Shown here in pieces: positions 37,972 through 47,773 of a stretch of DNA of 47,773 nucleotides (positions are counted from its first letter, which is position 1; the number at the start of each line of letters is the position of its first letter). The DNA comes from an uncultured Bacilli bacterium. GTDB lineage: Bacteria > Bacillota_I > Bacilli_A > RF39 > UBA660. The DNA lies in NCBI GenBank assembly GCA_947628065.1, contig CANQYK010000003.1, forward strand, positions 1 through 47,773, in the 5' to 3' direction. The notes beneath the pieces are model-generated. The model was not told the origin of the DNA and ran no database searches. It saw nothing but the letters and a program-made list of their open reading frames with translations. A program made the translations under genes and the position numbers.

Positions 37972-38938
37972 TTATTTTATTTTGTCTATTGATTCTATTA
38001 AGAAATTTGTTTTTTTGAAAATTAAATTTAAAATAATGGATAGATATTTTATGATAATTGTAAGAATTAAGAAAATTCCAAAAAATCCAGATGCTAAGAA
38101 TAACATGGTTGGCGTCCATCCTTCCACAGGATTTTCTGTAAAGAAGACAACAACTGTATATATTGTTACAAAAACGATAAAGGCTAACATAATCATTGAG
38201 AACGTTAAAGTAATTTTATAGCTAATATCTGTAAACAATATCAAAGAGTTAATTGCATTTTTACTTCTTTCTTTCTTTTCTTTGGAATCTATTTGGTCTT
38301 TTGTATCATTTTTAACATCGTAATTTATAGAGCCTATTTTTAGGCCACTATTTGCTTGAATTGCTTTTCTATAAGGAACAGACTTACTGATTGCATAGAT
38401 TCTATTAATTGCTCTTCGAGACATTATTTGAAATGTTTCTGTATCTAGTTTGTAAGCAAAGTTTGAATATTTATTAAATATACTATAGAATAATTTGGAT
38501 GTAAATTTTCTTTTCTTATTTGGAATTGCATTTACAATATCATATCCTTTCAAAGATTTCTTATAGATATCCATAATGACATCAATATCATAATCAATTG
38601 TTACAGTATCAAATTGATATACATAGTCCCCGATTGCAAGATCAACTCCTGCATTCATAGAAATTTCTTTTCCTTGAAAAAAGCTCATGTTAATAACGGT
38701 TATACTAGCTTTTTTTAAGTCTTTTGCAATCTCTTTAATTTTTTCGACGGTATCATCAGTTGAACCATCATTAACGAATAAAATTTCATAATTTAAGAAA
38801 TTGCTATCCAGTATACTGGATAGTTTCTTTATAAAAGAAACTATCCAGTATACTGGATAGTTTCTTTATAAAAGAAACTATATTATTACTATCATTATGA
38901 ATATAAACAACTGCTGATATAAAATTCTTTTCTTTCAT
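37972..38938 (-). pseudogene. GtrB-like GT2 frameshifted by a 37-bp tandem duplication
   Basis: Removing one copy of 38804-38840 restores a 309-aa ORF from ATG 38938 (MKEKNFISAVVY...FVNDGSTD) joined to ORF 37972-38688. Confidence 0.88.
38804..38877. repeat. 2 x 37-bp tandem repeat built from two overlapping palindromes
   Basis: CTATCCAGTATACTGGATAGTTTCTTTATAAAAGAAA repeated exactly twice. Confidence 0.95.
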
Positions 38939-38999
38939 TTTAACCACACATTCCTTTCACTTTGTTCAAGGCATACATAGTCATGAAAATAATTATTTT

Positions 39000-40127
39000 T
39001 CAGACTAGCACCTCATCTAAATCATATATTGTATTTATTTTTCCAGATAAAACACTAATAAACGTTGGATTTGTACTAAATTGTTTTATAACGGTTGGTC
39101 TTGAATCATCAATCTCGGATGCTAATAAGATCGGTTTCATGGAATATAGCGATCCAACATATTCAAAACCAAATTCATCTTTTAAATATTTTTTTGCTAA
39201 ACTAGCCATATAAGGCCAAGCACTTTTTGGCTTTGCAGGGCAATCATTACAATTTCCTAAATTATGTGGTGTACAATATCCTTTTTTCTTTTTGTTTGCT
39301 TCTTCTTGACAAGGAAAGGTAGGAAGACTGTCATACGATGTTATATGTGGAGTAAAGGTTACGCTTGTTAGGGAATGATATCCTGTTTTTCCAAATGGCA
39401 TAATGGAGAAAAATGGTCCATCCATAACAGTGATTCCAACATTTTTGAATTTTTCTGATACGGTACATAAAATGATTTCACATAATTCATATTTTATTTT
39501 AAAATGTTCAAACCCTAACATATCTAAAATTTGGTTAACACTACCATAAGTAGCATTTAAAACAAATCCACTTTTGTATGTTTTATCTTTGCTTGTAATT
39601 TTGTATAACTGTCCTTCTTTTTCAATTTTTTGAATATCCACATTGAATTCTAATTTAATGTTTTTATACTTTTTAATTTCTTTTAAGAAATGATCTCGTA
39701 AAATAATCGCATCGTATGTGTATTCTTTGGTTAAATAACAACCATCACACATTCCATCTTTAAAGTATTTTGATGGTGGAAGATCTTCACATTTAATGTT
39801 TGCATTTTTACAGAATTTACGAAATTGTTCTGCATTGGTCCATGAGAATTTAGCACTTGTTGCATATACTTGATCAAAATCGGATAAAATAGAAAAATCA
39901 AAATCTTTGTTGAATCGTTCAAAATAGTTTGCAGATTTAATTGCTGTTGAATAAGAACGGGGATAATGATATCCCATATGAACGCGTGCTTGATTAATAT
40001 ATGTTGCTCTTTTAAAGGCTTCATCTTCTTTTTCTAATACAATAACATTTTCCCCTTTTTTTCCACAGTATAGTGCTGCATATAAACCATAGATGCCAGC
40101 TCCTATTATGATCTTATCATATTTCAT
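39000..40127 (-). CDS. FAD-dependent oxidoreductase
   Basis: IIGAGIYG, NQARVHMGYHYPRS and MDGPF motifs. Confidence 0.85.
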   Translation of the reverse strand: MKYDKIIIGAGIYGLYAALYCGKKGENVIVLEKEDEAFKRATYINQARVHMGYHYPRSYSTAIKSANYFERFNKDFDFSILSDFDQVYATSAKFSWTNAEQFRKFCKNANIKCEDLPPSKYFKDGMCDGCYLTKEYTYDAIILRDHFLKEIKKYKNIKLEFNVDIQKIEKEGQLYKITSKDKTYKSGFVLNATYGSVNQILDMLGFEHFKIKYELCEIILCTVSEKFKNVGITVMDGPFFSIMPFGKTGYHSLTSVTFTPHITSYDSLPTFPCQEEANKKKKGYCTPHNLGNCNDCPAKPKSAWPYMASLAKKYLKDEFGFEYVGSLYSMKPILLASEIDDSRPTVIKQFSTNPTFISVLSGKINTIYDLDEVLV

Positions 40128-40154
40128 ATACTACCTCTTTCTATAGCTGATAAG

Positions 40155-41870
40155 CTATTTGTAAAATTTTGAATACAATTCATTAAGATAACAAATTGTT
40201 TGTTTTACATTATTTATATCATTTTTTTTCATTTCAATGGAAATAAGATTATTGTAATTTCCTTTTACTAAAATCTCTAATAGTTTACTATGAAGCTCTC
40301 TTTCTTCAATTAGAGCTAAATTTGGTTCACTAATATGGATGTGATTTATGAGATTTAAATTTGATTCTAAAATTTCTAGGCTTTCTTTATTTTCTATTAC
40401 GGTTCCTAAATCATAGTTTATTTTAATATTTGGTAAATTGATTTCTTTTACAAATGCAATTGCTTCTTTTGTGGTTGTTAAAAAGTTTGTGTTATAGATT
40501 GTAGGATTTGGTTCAATCGCAATTACCACATTGTTATCTTCGGCGTATTTTCCTAATTCTTGAAAGAATGAAATTGCTTTTTTATAATCTTGCTCAAAAT
40601 TGTTCATATTTCTGTTTTTGGGATTCCCAAAAACAATATTTGGACAATTTATTGTTTTTGCAAAATCAATTGCTTTTTTTGTATATTCTAATAATTCATT
40701 AAAGTTTTCATCACTTTCAAAAATATTTTTTGTTTTTCCAAACCAGATGGATTGCATAGAACCAATTTCAAGATGATATGTTTTCTTTAGTTCTTCTTGT
40801 ATTTTTTTGGCATTTTCTAAATGTTCGTATGGATTTTCTCCAATTAGTCTTGTTGGTGCAATTTCAATATAATGAATGTCTTTGTCTTTTAAAAATTGGT
40901 ACATTTCTAGATCATTTGAATCATCCCAAGCAATATTAGAAATACATATTTTTTTTGGCTTTAAAACATAGTTTTTAATATCTTCTAAAAGAAAATCTTT
41001 GTTTAAAATATATCCATTTTTACCATGGAAGATAGTATCATATTTTGTTTTAAAGTTATAATTTGGAATCTTGTTGTTTAATTCATTTTTAAATTGTTCT
41101 TGATAGATGTATTCATATAATTCACTAATTTTGATTGGTTCTGTAGCAAGATTTAAAACTTTTATATTATGTTCAAGCGCAATTTGGATATGCTTCCATA
41201 AATAACTTAAATTATAAAATTGAAACGATCCACGACTATCGGTAAAGTTTAGGGCAGAAAAACCAAAAGTTTTGAACATCTCTTTTAACTGGATTTTCTC
41301 ATCATCACTTAACTCTTTGCATTTATAAAATCCATTTCCTTGATCAAAATAATAATTTTTTAAATTTCCATTTTTTGTAAGTAATTCTTCGTATTTTTCT
41401 TTTTTTAATAAACTTGGAATATAGTGAATTAAATCATAAATAAAATTCTTTTTTAGATTTTTTCCATATAATCCTGGTAATCGGACAATTAAATATTCTT
41501 CGAAATTTTCTTTTACCCAATTTTCTAAATATTTTCTGTTCTTTCCATAGGCTTCTTCACTTTCTTCTTTGTCATCTTCTTCATCAACATCAATAGGATT
41601 TGGATAAACATCAATTGTTGAGATTAAAACTATTTTTTTTGGTTCTATTTTTTTGATGTTTTCAATCGCGTTTTTAATAATTCTAAGGTCTTCCTCAGGA
41701 TTATTATTGGCTATAAATTTTTGTGCTGGTATTCCAGCATAGACTAATAAGTCGGGTTTTTGATGAAATGCTTTTTCAATATCTGTTGAATGAAACATTT
41801 CACTGAATTTATATTGTTCTTTTAAATTGGATCCTACAAATCCAGTACAACCCACTAAAAAACTTTTCAT
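40155..41870 (-). CDS. fusion of NAD-dependent epimerase-like domain and sugar isomerase TIM-barrel domain
   Basis: N-terminal half GCTGFVG, ISTIDVY, YGKNR, RLPGLYG; C-terminal half ISNIAW, EIAPT, FG.PKNR, IEPNP..Y, HIHISEP. Confidence 0.8.
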   Translation of the reverse strand: MKSFLVGCTGFVGSNLKEQYKFSEMFHSTDIEKAFHQKPDLLVYAGIPAQKFIANNNPEEDLRIIKNAIENIKKIEPKKIVLISTIDVYPNPIDVDEEDDKEESEEAYGKNRKYLENWVKENFEEYLIVRLPGLYGKNLKKNFIYDLIHYIPSLLKKEKYEELLTKNGNLKNYYFDQGNGFYKCKELSDDEKIQLKEMFKTFGFSALNFTDSRGSFQFYNLSYLWKHIQIALEHNIKVLNLATEPIKISELYEYIYQEQFKNELNNKIPNYNFKTKYDTIFHGKNGYILNKDFLLEDIKNYVLKPKKICISNIAWDDSNDLEMYQFLKDKDIHYIEIAPTRLIGENPYEHLENAKKIQEELKKTYHLEIGSMQSIWFGKTKNIFESDENFNELLEYTKKAIDFAKTINCPNIVFGNPKNRNMNNFEQDYKKAISFFQELGKYAEDNNVVIAIEPNPTIYNTNFLTTTKEAIAFVKEINLPNIKINYDLGTVIENKESLEILESNLNLINHIHISEPNLALIEERELHSKLLEILVKGNYNNLISIEMKKNDINNVKQTICYLNELYSKFYK

Positions 41871-41987
41871 ACATTACTCCTTTCATAGCTTTACTATATC
41901 ACACAATAAAGTAAATAACAATTTCTTCTTTTCATAGAAAATAAAACCATGTATAATAGAAATAGGTTTTTAATTAGTTAAAGGAGT

Positions 41988-42944
41988 ATGAAAATGAAAA
42001 GAGGCGACATTTTATATTTGGTTGTTCCTTGTTATAACGAAGAGGAGATGCTAGATATAACAACAGATGTATTAAATAAGAAGATGCAGTCTTTGATAAA
42101 AGAGAAAAAAATATCAAAGAAAAGTAAGGTATTATATGTGAATGATGGATCAAAAGATCATACTTGGAATATGATTACAAAGGTTCATAAAGAAAATGAT
42201 TTATTTTGTGGAATTAAATTATCAAGAAACAAAGGAAGTCAAAATGCTATTTATGCCGGATTGATGGTTGCTAAAGAATATGCTGATGTAACTATTACAG
42301 TGGAAGCAGATTTACAAGATGATGTTGATGTAATTGATAAAATGTTAGAAGAATATGATAAAGGTGCAGAAATTGTTTATGGAGTAAGAAGTTCTAGAAA
42401 AACAGATACCTTTTTCAAAAAAATGACAGCTGGTGCTTTTTATCGTTTTATGAACTTTATTGGTGTTGAAATGGTTTTAAATCATTCTGAATGCCGATTA
42501 ATGAGTAAAGTAGCAATAGAGGGATTGGAACAATTTAAAGAGACTAATTTGTTCTTACGAGGAATGGTTCCACAAATAGGATACCAGACAGCAATTGCTT
42601 ATTATGATAGAGGAGAAAGAGTTGTAGGAAAGACAAAGTTTAATTTAAAGAAGATGCTTAATTTTGCAATGGATGGAATTGTTTCGTTTAGTGTTGCGCC
42701 ACTTCGATTGATTACTTCTGTTGGTTGTCTTATTTCTTCTGTTAGCTTTCTCATTCTAATTATTTTATTGATTATGAAATTGATTGGTAATACTGTATCT
42801 AATTTTGCTTTCCTTATGGATAGTCTTTGGCTTATTGGTGGTATGGAATTACTTGCTATTGGAATTATTGGGGAATATATAGGTAAGATGCAATTAGAGG
42901 TAAAGAAGCGACCTAGATATATTATTGAAGAAGAGTTATTGTAA
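41988..42944 (+). CDS. GT2 polyprenyl-phosphate glycosyltransferase (GtrB/YkcC-like)
   Basis: VVPCYNEE, NDGSKD, EADLQDD and IGIIGEYIGK motifs. Confidence 0.9.
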   Translation: MKMKRGDILYLVVPCYNEEEMLDITTDVLNKKMQSLIKEKKISKKSKVLYVNDGSKDHTWNMITKVHKENDLFCGIKLSRNKGSQNAIYAGLMVAKEYADVTITVEADLQDDVDVIDKMLEEYDKGAEIVYGVRSSRKTDTFFKKMTAGAFYRFMNFIGVEMVLNHSECRLMSKVAIEGLEQFKETNLFLRGMVPQIGYQTAIAYYDRGERVVGKTKFNLKKMLNFAMDGIVSFSVAPLRLITSVGCLISSVSFLILIILLIMKLIGNTVSNFAFLMDSLWLIGGMELLAIGIIGEYIGKMQLEVKKRPRYIIEEELL

Positions 42945-43020
42945 AATATAGTTGCTCTTTATTTTTTTCGTATGTTATAATGAATTTATCAGAAATGTAA
43001 GAAAGGAAATTGAAATTAGT

Positions 43021-44172
43021 ATGGAGTATGATGTAATAATTGTAGGGAGTGGTTTTGCAGGGAGTACCTTGGCAAGGAAATTTGCTGAAGATGATAAGAA
43101 GGTTTTAATTTATGAAAAAAGGGATCATATAGCAGGGAATATGTATGAAGAAGAAAGAGAGAATAAAGTAAGAGTTCATAAATATGGTCCACATATTTTT
43201 CACACAAATAATAAAGAAGTTTTTGAATTTTTAAATCAATATGGACAGTGGTATTTTTATGAACACCGGGTATTAGGAAAAATAAAGGATAAATTAGTTC
43301 CTATTCCTTTTAATTTTAAATCTTTGGAACTTTTATATGAACAAAAAGAAGCAGAAGAAATTAAAGCAAAGTTATTAGAAAAATATAAAGATAAAACTAA
43401 AATATCTATTTTGGACTTAGTAAATGATGAAGATACAACAATAAAAGAATTTGGAAATTTTGTATACAAAAATGTATTTGAAAATTATACAGCGAAACAA
43501 TGGAATATACCAGTAAGTGAAATTGATACATCTGTTATCAATCGAGTACCAGTTATATTAGGTTATGATGATCGTTATTTTCAAGATGAATATCAATATA
43601 TGCCAAAAGAGGGATATACAAAGTTATTCGAAAATATGTTAAATCATTCAAATATAACTATAAAATTATCGACTGATGTACTTTCTGATATATCTATTGA
43701 TAATAATAAAATTTATTATAAAGGTGAAGAATACAAAGGTAAGGTAATTTATACAGGTGCGATTGATGAATTATTTCATTATCAATTTGGTGCTTTGCCA
43801 TATCGATCATTGAATTTAATATTTGAAAATTATGATATTAATTATTATCAACCAACATCAGTTGTTAACTATCCAAATGAAGAAGATTATACTAGAATTA
43901 CAGAATTTAAGTATTTAACGAATCAATTAGTAGATAATAAAACAACAATTTTAAAAGAATATCCAAAAAGTTATGATTATAAAGATGAAGAGAGTATTCC
44001 TTATTATGCCATTATAAATGATGAAAATTTACAAAAATATAATCAATATTTTGAATTAGCAAAAGAAATTCCCAATTTGTATTTATGTGGTCGATTAGCA
44101 GAGTATAAGTATTATAATATGGATGCTGTTATAGAAAGAGCATTAGAATTATATAAGGAAGTAAGAGATTGA
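43021..44172 (+). CDS. glf: UDP-galactopyranose mutase, paralogue 2
   Basis: VGSGFAG, YGPHIFHT, YTAKQW, DDRYF, YTRITEFK and GRLAEYKYYNMD motifs; start at ATG 43021. Confidence 0.92.
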   Translation: MEYDVIIVGSGFAGSTLARKFAEDDKKVLIYEKRDHIAGNMYEEERENKVRVHKYGPHIFHTNNKEVFEFLNQYGQWYFYEHRVLGKIKDKLVPIPFNFKSLELLYEQKEAEEIKAKLLEKYKDKTKISILDLVNDEDTTIKEFGNFVYKNVFENYTAKQWNIPVSEIDTSVINRVPVILGYDDRYFQDEYQYMPKEGYTKLFENMLNHSNITIKLSTDVLSDISIDNNKIYYKGEEYKGKVIYTGAIDELFHYQFGALPYRSLNLIFENYDINYYQPTSVVNYPNEEDYTRITEFKYLTNQLVDNKTTILKEYPKSYDYKDEESIPYYAIINDENLQKYNQYFELAKEIPNLYLCGRLAEYKYYNMDAVIERALELYKEVRD

Positions 44173-44175
44173 AAA

Positions 44176-45363
44176 ATGAAAAAGGTAAAAGCAGTTGTAG
44201 GAAAATATCCTATTATTAGAGAAGCATTTTTATACGGAATTATAGGATTATCGTCTTCTACTTTAGATAGTTTAACATTTATATTATTAAGACATTTAGG
44301 ATTAAACTTATTCCTTTCTAATTTTATAGGAATTAATGTTGGGATAACTCTTAGTTTTTTGTGTAATACTTTTATTAATTTTAAACAAAAAGATAATTTA
44401 TTGAAAAAATGTATTTCCTTTTTTTCAATAGGTTATGTTGGTTTATGTATTTCTATGTTAATAATGTATGTATTCGTAACAATATTGAAATGGAATGAAA
44501 TTGTTGTTAAGTTAGGATCGATTGTAATTGTGGCAATCATACAATTTATATTAAATAAATTAATTACATTTAGAAAGAAGGATAGTATGAAAGAAGTAAA
44601 AAAAGTAGAGAAAAAGAAAAACAAAAATGATAATCTTTATATTGTAATACCAGCTTATAATGAAGAAGAAACAATAGAAAGTGTTGCAAGAGAATGGCAT
44701 GAAGTAGTAGAAAAAATAGGTAATCATTCAAAACTTGTAATTATCAATGATGGTAGTAAAGATAAAACTTATGAAAAATTATGTGAATTAAAAAAAGAAT
44801 TACCTTGTTTAGAACCCATCAATAAAGAAAATGAAGGACATGGTGCGACAGTACTTTATGGTTATAATTATGCTTTGAAAAAGAAAGCATCTTATATTTT
44901 TCAAACGGATTCTGATGGTCAAACAATACCTGATGAATTTTGGCCATTTTGGGAACAAAGAAATGAACATGCTGCTATTATAGGGCATCGTAATCATAGA
45001 CAAGATGGAGCATCTAGAATTTTTGTTACGAAGACGTTAAAGTTAGTTTTATTTTTAATTTTTGGTTTAAAAATAACGGATGCCAATACACCATTTCGTT
45101 TGGTCAGTTATGAAACACTAAAAAAATACTATGATAGAATTCCTGAAAAATTTAATTTATCAAATGTTATGTTAACTGTTTTAATGATTGATAATAAAGA
45201 AGATGTGAAATTTATTCCTATTACCTTTAGACCTCGTCAGGGTGGAGTAAATTCAATTAATTTTAAGAAAATTACAAAAATAGGTATTCAAGCAGTAAAA
45301 GATTTTAGAAGAATCAAAAAAGAGATGAAAAAGTATAAGAAAGAACATAAAGATAATGAATAA
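44176..45363 (+). CDS. GtrA flippase-like domain fused to GT2 glycosyltransferase
   Basis: Four N-terminal TM helices (YGIIG...FILNKLITF) followed by IPAYNEE, NDGSKD and QTDSDGQ motifs. Confidence 0.85.
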   Translation: MKKVKAVVGKYPIIREAFLYGIIGLSSSTLDSLTFILLRHLGLNLFLSNFIGINVGITLSFLCNTFINFKQKDNLLKKCISFFSIGYVGLCISMLIMYVFVTILKWNEIVVKLGSIVIVAIIQFILNKLITFRKKDSMKEVKKVEKKKNKNDNLYIVIPAYNEEETIESVAREWHEVVEKIGNHSKLVIINDGSKDKTYEKLCELKKELPCLEPINKENEGHGATVLYGYNYALKKKASYIFQTDSDGQTIPDEFWPFWEQRNEHAAIIGHRNHRQDGASRIFVTKTLKLVLFLIFGLKITDANTPFRLVSYETLKKYYDRIPEKFNLSNVMLTVLMIDNKEDVKFIPITFRPRQGGVNSINFKKITKIGIQAVKDFRRIKKEMKKYKKEHKDNE

Positions 45364-45396
45364 ATTATACAGAAAGAAAGAGAGCGTGTTAAAAAA

Positions 45397-47595
45397 ATGG
45401 ACAAAAAAAAGTTACATAGAGTTACCTGGGGGAGGGATAGCTTTAGTAACAAATATAATAATTTAAAACAGAAAAGTTATAAAATTTTATGTACTTTTAT
45501 GTTGTTAATATTTCTTTTGTTTTTGTTAATGGTATTAAGCGATTTTGATAATCCCTTAATTTCTAGTGTTATTGTGGTTGGTTCAATACTTTATGTTTTA
45601 GTATTAGTATTTTTGTATCGAAAATTTAAAAAAATGGAAGTAAAAACGCATAATAAAATTGCCATATTTTTAGCTCTTTCTTTTTTTGTTATCAGTTCCA
45701 TTTGGGGAGTAAAACATCAGGCTTTATTAGTAGCTGATATTTTGCACATAGCAGATAAGGCTTTGGTAATGGTAAATACAAATATTAAAAATATATGTGA
45801 TGACGTTTATTTTTCTCGTTTTCCAAATCAAATACCTGCTGTATTATTAGTATATATTGTGGAGTTTTTTGGTAATTTATTATTTCATAGTCCAGAAAAT
45901 TTTATTATTGTATATAATTGTTTTATGATGTCTTTGACAATTTATTTTATTTACAAAATAATAAAGGAATTGTTTGATAGCAAAATAGCACTTATAGGAA
46001 TGATTTTAGCGTTGTTATATCCTTCTTTTATTTTAAGTTCTAGTTTTTATTATACCGATATTTTATCTATTCCTTTTCCTATTATTGGTTTTTATTGTTT
46101 AATAAAAGCCAATCGTGAAAATAAAGTAAAAAAATACATATATCTTGTTTTGGGTGGTATTTTATTTGGAATAGGAACGAAAATAAGGGTAGTTTCATCT
46201 TTTTTGTTTATTGCTTATTTAATAGATTTAATATTAAAACAAGATTTAAAACAATGTTTGAAAAAAGGGGGAACGGCACTTGCTTCCTTTGCTTTAATTT
46301 TTATTGTTTATAGTAGTGTTCTCCTTCCATATTTTCAAGTTAATATTGATAAAAAACAAACACTTCCTGCTACTCATTTTTTAATGATGGGAGCGAATCC
46401 ATTATCACGTGGTGGTTTTTATGGACCAGATGTTAATTTTTCTATTGCCCAAAAGAATAAAAAAGAAGCTAATCTTGAAAAAATAAAGGAAAGAGCAAAA
46501 GATCTAAATTTAGACTTTTATTTCAAAAAAATTGCTCTTACATGGACCGATAATCAAAATGGTATTGCTAGTTTTTATCAAAATATGCTATCTTTTGGTG
46601 ATACTCATTCTTTTTTAGCGGGATATAATGATATTTTTTTAAGAAGTATTTTAAAAATTATGCGGTTTGTGATGTATTTGTTTTTTTTCATTATGATTGC
46701 GGAGCAATTAAGAAAGAAGGAAAATTCTAAAACAAGTAAGACAAGTGTATTTATTATAGCCTTATTTGGTTCTTTTGTATTCTATTTGTTTTGGGAAGCA
46801 AAAGAAAGATATAGTTTCTCTTTTATTCCATGGATTATTTTAGGAGGATCTACTAGTATTGTATTTTTAGATCAAGTTTTAAGTGCAAAAAGTTTTTCTT
46901 TTAATAATGAAAGAATTAATCTTAATAAATTTAAGAAGAAAACAGGTATTTTATTATTGTTAATTTTAGTTTTGTTTTTAGTAGATGGATTTATTGAATA
47001 TTCTGTTCGAAAAAAAGAGATTGATATGATACGTGCCAATAACTATTATGGTACTATCGGAATCCCTATAAAAAATAATGATGAAATAATTGAATATTTT
47101 AAAATAGATGATAATTTTAATCAAATAGAGCTTTCCTTTTTTGATTATAATATTAAACAGAAAATTCCATATATTTTTGAATTATATAATAAAGATGATA
47201 AATTAATTTATCGAGAGGAATTTTTGTCATCATTACATGAAGATCGAAAACAAATCGTATTTGATTTTCCAAAAATAAAAGTCAAAAAGAAAACAGAATT
47301 TTATTTTAAGGTTTATTCTAAAAAAGCAACCGCAACGAATTTTTTACAAATTATTGCAAGTCGTAATGTTTATTGCAATGGAAAAGAACTTACTTGTAAA
47401 AATAAAGGATATGACATGAATCCCGAAGGAAAAACTTATGTTAATGGAAAGCTTTATTGTTTTGATGCGATGTATAAAGTAGTGGAGCATAAAATGAGTA
47501 ATCGTGTTCGTAAGAAATATTATCTTCCTTTCGCAATTTTCATTTTTGGTATTTCATTTATTGGTGTTTATAGTTGCTTGATAAAAAAAGAATAA
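45397..47595 (+). CDS. polytopic membrane GT-C-like glycosyltransferase
   Basis: Y..RFPNQ, YYTD, MMG.N and WEAKERY motifs; many TM segments and an extracellular C-terminal domain. Confidence 0.7.
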   Translation: MDKKKLHRVTWGRDSFSNKYNNLKQKSYKILCTFMLLIFLLFLLMVLSDFDNPLISSVIVVGSILYVLVLVFLYRKFKKMEVKTHNKIAIFLALSFFVISSIWGVKHQALLVADILHIADKALVMVNTNIKNICDDVYFSRFPNQIPAVLLVYIVEFFGNLLFHSPENFIIVYNCFMMSLTIYFIYKIIKELFDSKIALIGMILALLYPSFILSSSFYYTDILSIPFPIIGFYCLIKANRENKVKKYIYLVLGGILFGIGTKIRVVSSFLFIAYLIDLILKQDLKQCLKKGGTALASFALIFIVYSSVLLPYFQVNIDKKQTLPATHFLMMGANPLSRGGFYGPDVNFSIAQKNKKEANLEKIKERAKDLNLDFYFKKIALTWTDNQNGIASFYQNMLSFGDTHSFLAGYNDIFLRSILKIMRFVMYLFFFIMIAEQLRKKENSKTSKTSVFIIALFGSFVFYLFWEAKERYSFSFIPWIILGGSTSIVFLDQVLSAKSFSFNNERINLNKFKKKTGILLLLILVLFLVDGFIEYSVRKKEIDMIRANNYYGTIGIPIKNNDEIIEYFKIDDNFNQIELSFFDYNIKQKIPYIFELYNKDDKLIYREEFLSSLHEDRKQIVFDFPKIKVKKKTEFYFKVYSKKATATNFLQIIASRNVYCNGKELTCKNKGYDMNPEGKTYVNGKLYCFDAMYKVVEHKMSNRVRKKYYLPFAIFIFGISFIGVYSCLIKKE

Positions 47596-47608
47596 TCTCG
47601 ATGTGATA

Positions 47609-47643
47609 TAAACCTCATTTCTTTATCTAAGAAATGAGGTTTA
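47609..47643 (+). terminator. terminator-like hairpin
   Basis: TAAACCTCATTTCTT-tatct-AAGAAATGAGGTTTA. Confidence 0.7.
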
Positions 47644-47676
47644 ATTCAGATGTGAGTTTTTCTTTTTTGAAAATGA

Positions 47677-47757
47677 TTGCATAAAAATAATACGTTTGTT
47701 ATAATGTAAAGTATTTTATGGCACATCTTGAGTATGCGAAAAGATGTGTCATAAAAT
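47677..47757 (+). promoter_or_regulatory. sigma-A promoter followed by a leader hairpin
   Basis: TTGCAT-17-TATAAT with TG extension; ATTTTATGGCACATCTT...AAGATGTGTCATAAAAT stem right after the predicted start. Confidence 0.6.
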
Positions 47758-47773
47758 TATTGTACCTAATTTA

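Noticed and set aside
1-47773. tRNA or rRNA genes, integrase, reverse transcriptase
   Set aside because: No such sequence or protein motifs were seen.

Overview
AT-rich (roughly 25-30% GC by eye) chromosomal segment of a low-GC Firmicute. It uses genetic code 11 (TGA is a stop) and looks like a reduced-genome gut Bacilli lineage such as RF39 (inference). The core backbone is clpC-cysS-(YugP-like peptidase)-mrnC-rlmB-sigH-like, uvrA-yvlD-like-lgt, trxB-yvcK-whiA, nagZ-like and acpS. Small integrase-free defence or toxin cassettes interrupt it: (i) a ~1.4 kb region at 7.1-8.5 kb with no ORF-track genes, which reads as a tandem array of an unannotated type I toxin-antitoxin-like module (two 38-aa hydrophobic peptides with sequestered RBS and 5'-3' mRNA pairing, plus four convergent antisense RNAs); (ii) an XRE-ImmA/IrrE gene with a C5 methyltransferase and HNH nuclease; (iii) AbiEi/AbiEii; (iv) a HipA-like kinase with a HIRAN partner and a second HipA-like kinase. 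Each cassette is bracketed by a diverged duplicate of part of the adjacent housekeeping gene (hypothetical gene, lgt, whiA, acpS). The last 19 kb is a cell-envelope glycosylation cluster: several GtrB-like GT2s, a GtrA-GT2 fusion, YfhO and another GT-C, a 2,6-dideoxysugar pathway, two UDP-galactopyranose mutase paralogues, a G10 tract in a leader ORF, an IS200 remnant, and a GT2 frameshifted by a 37-bp palindromic tandem duplication.
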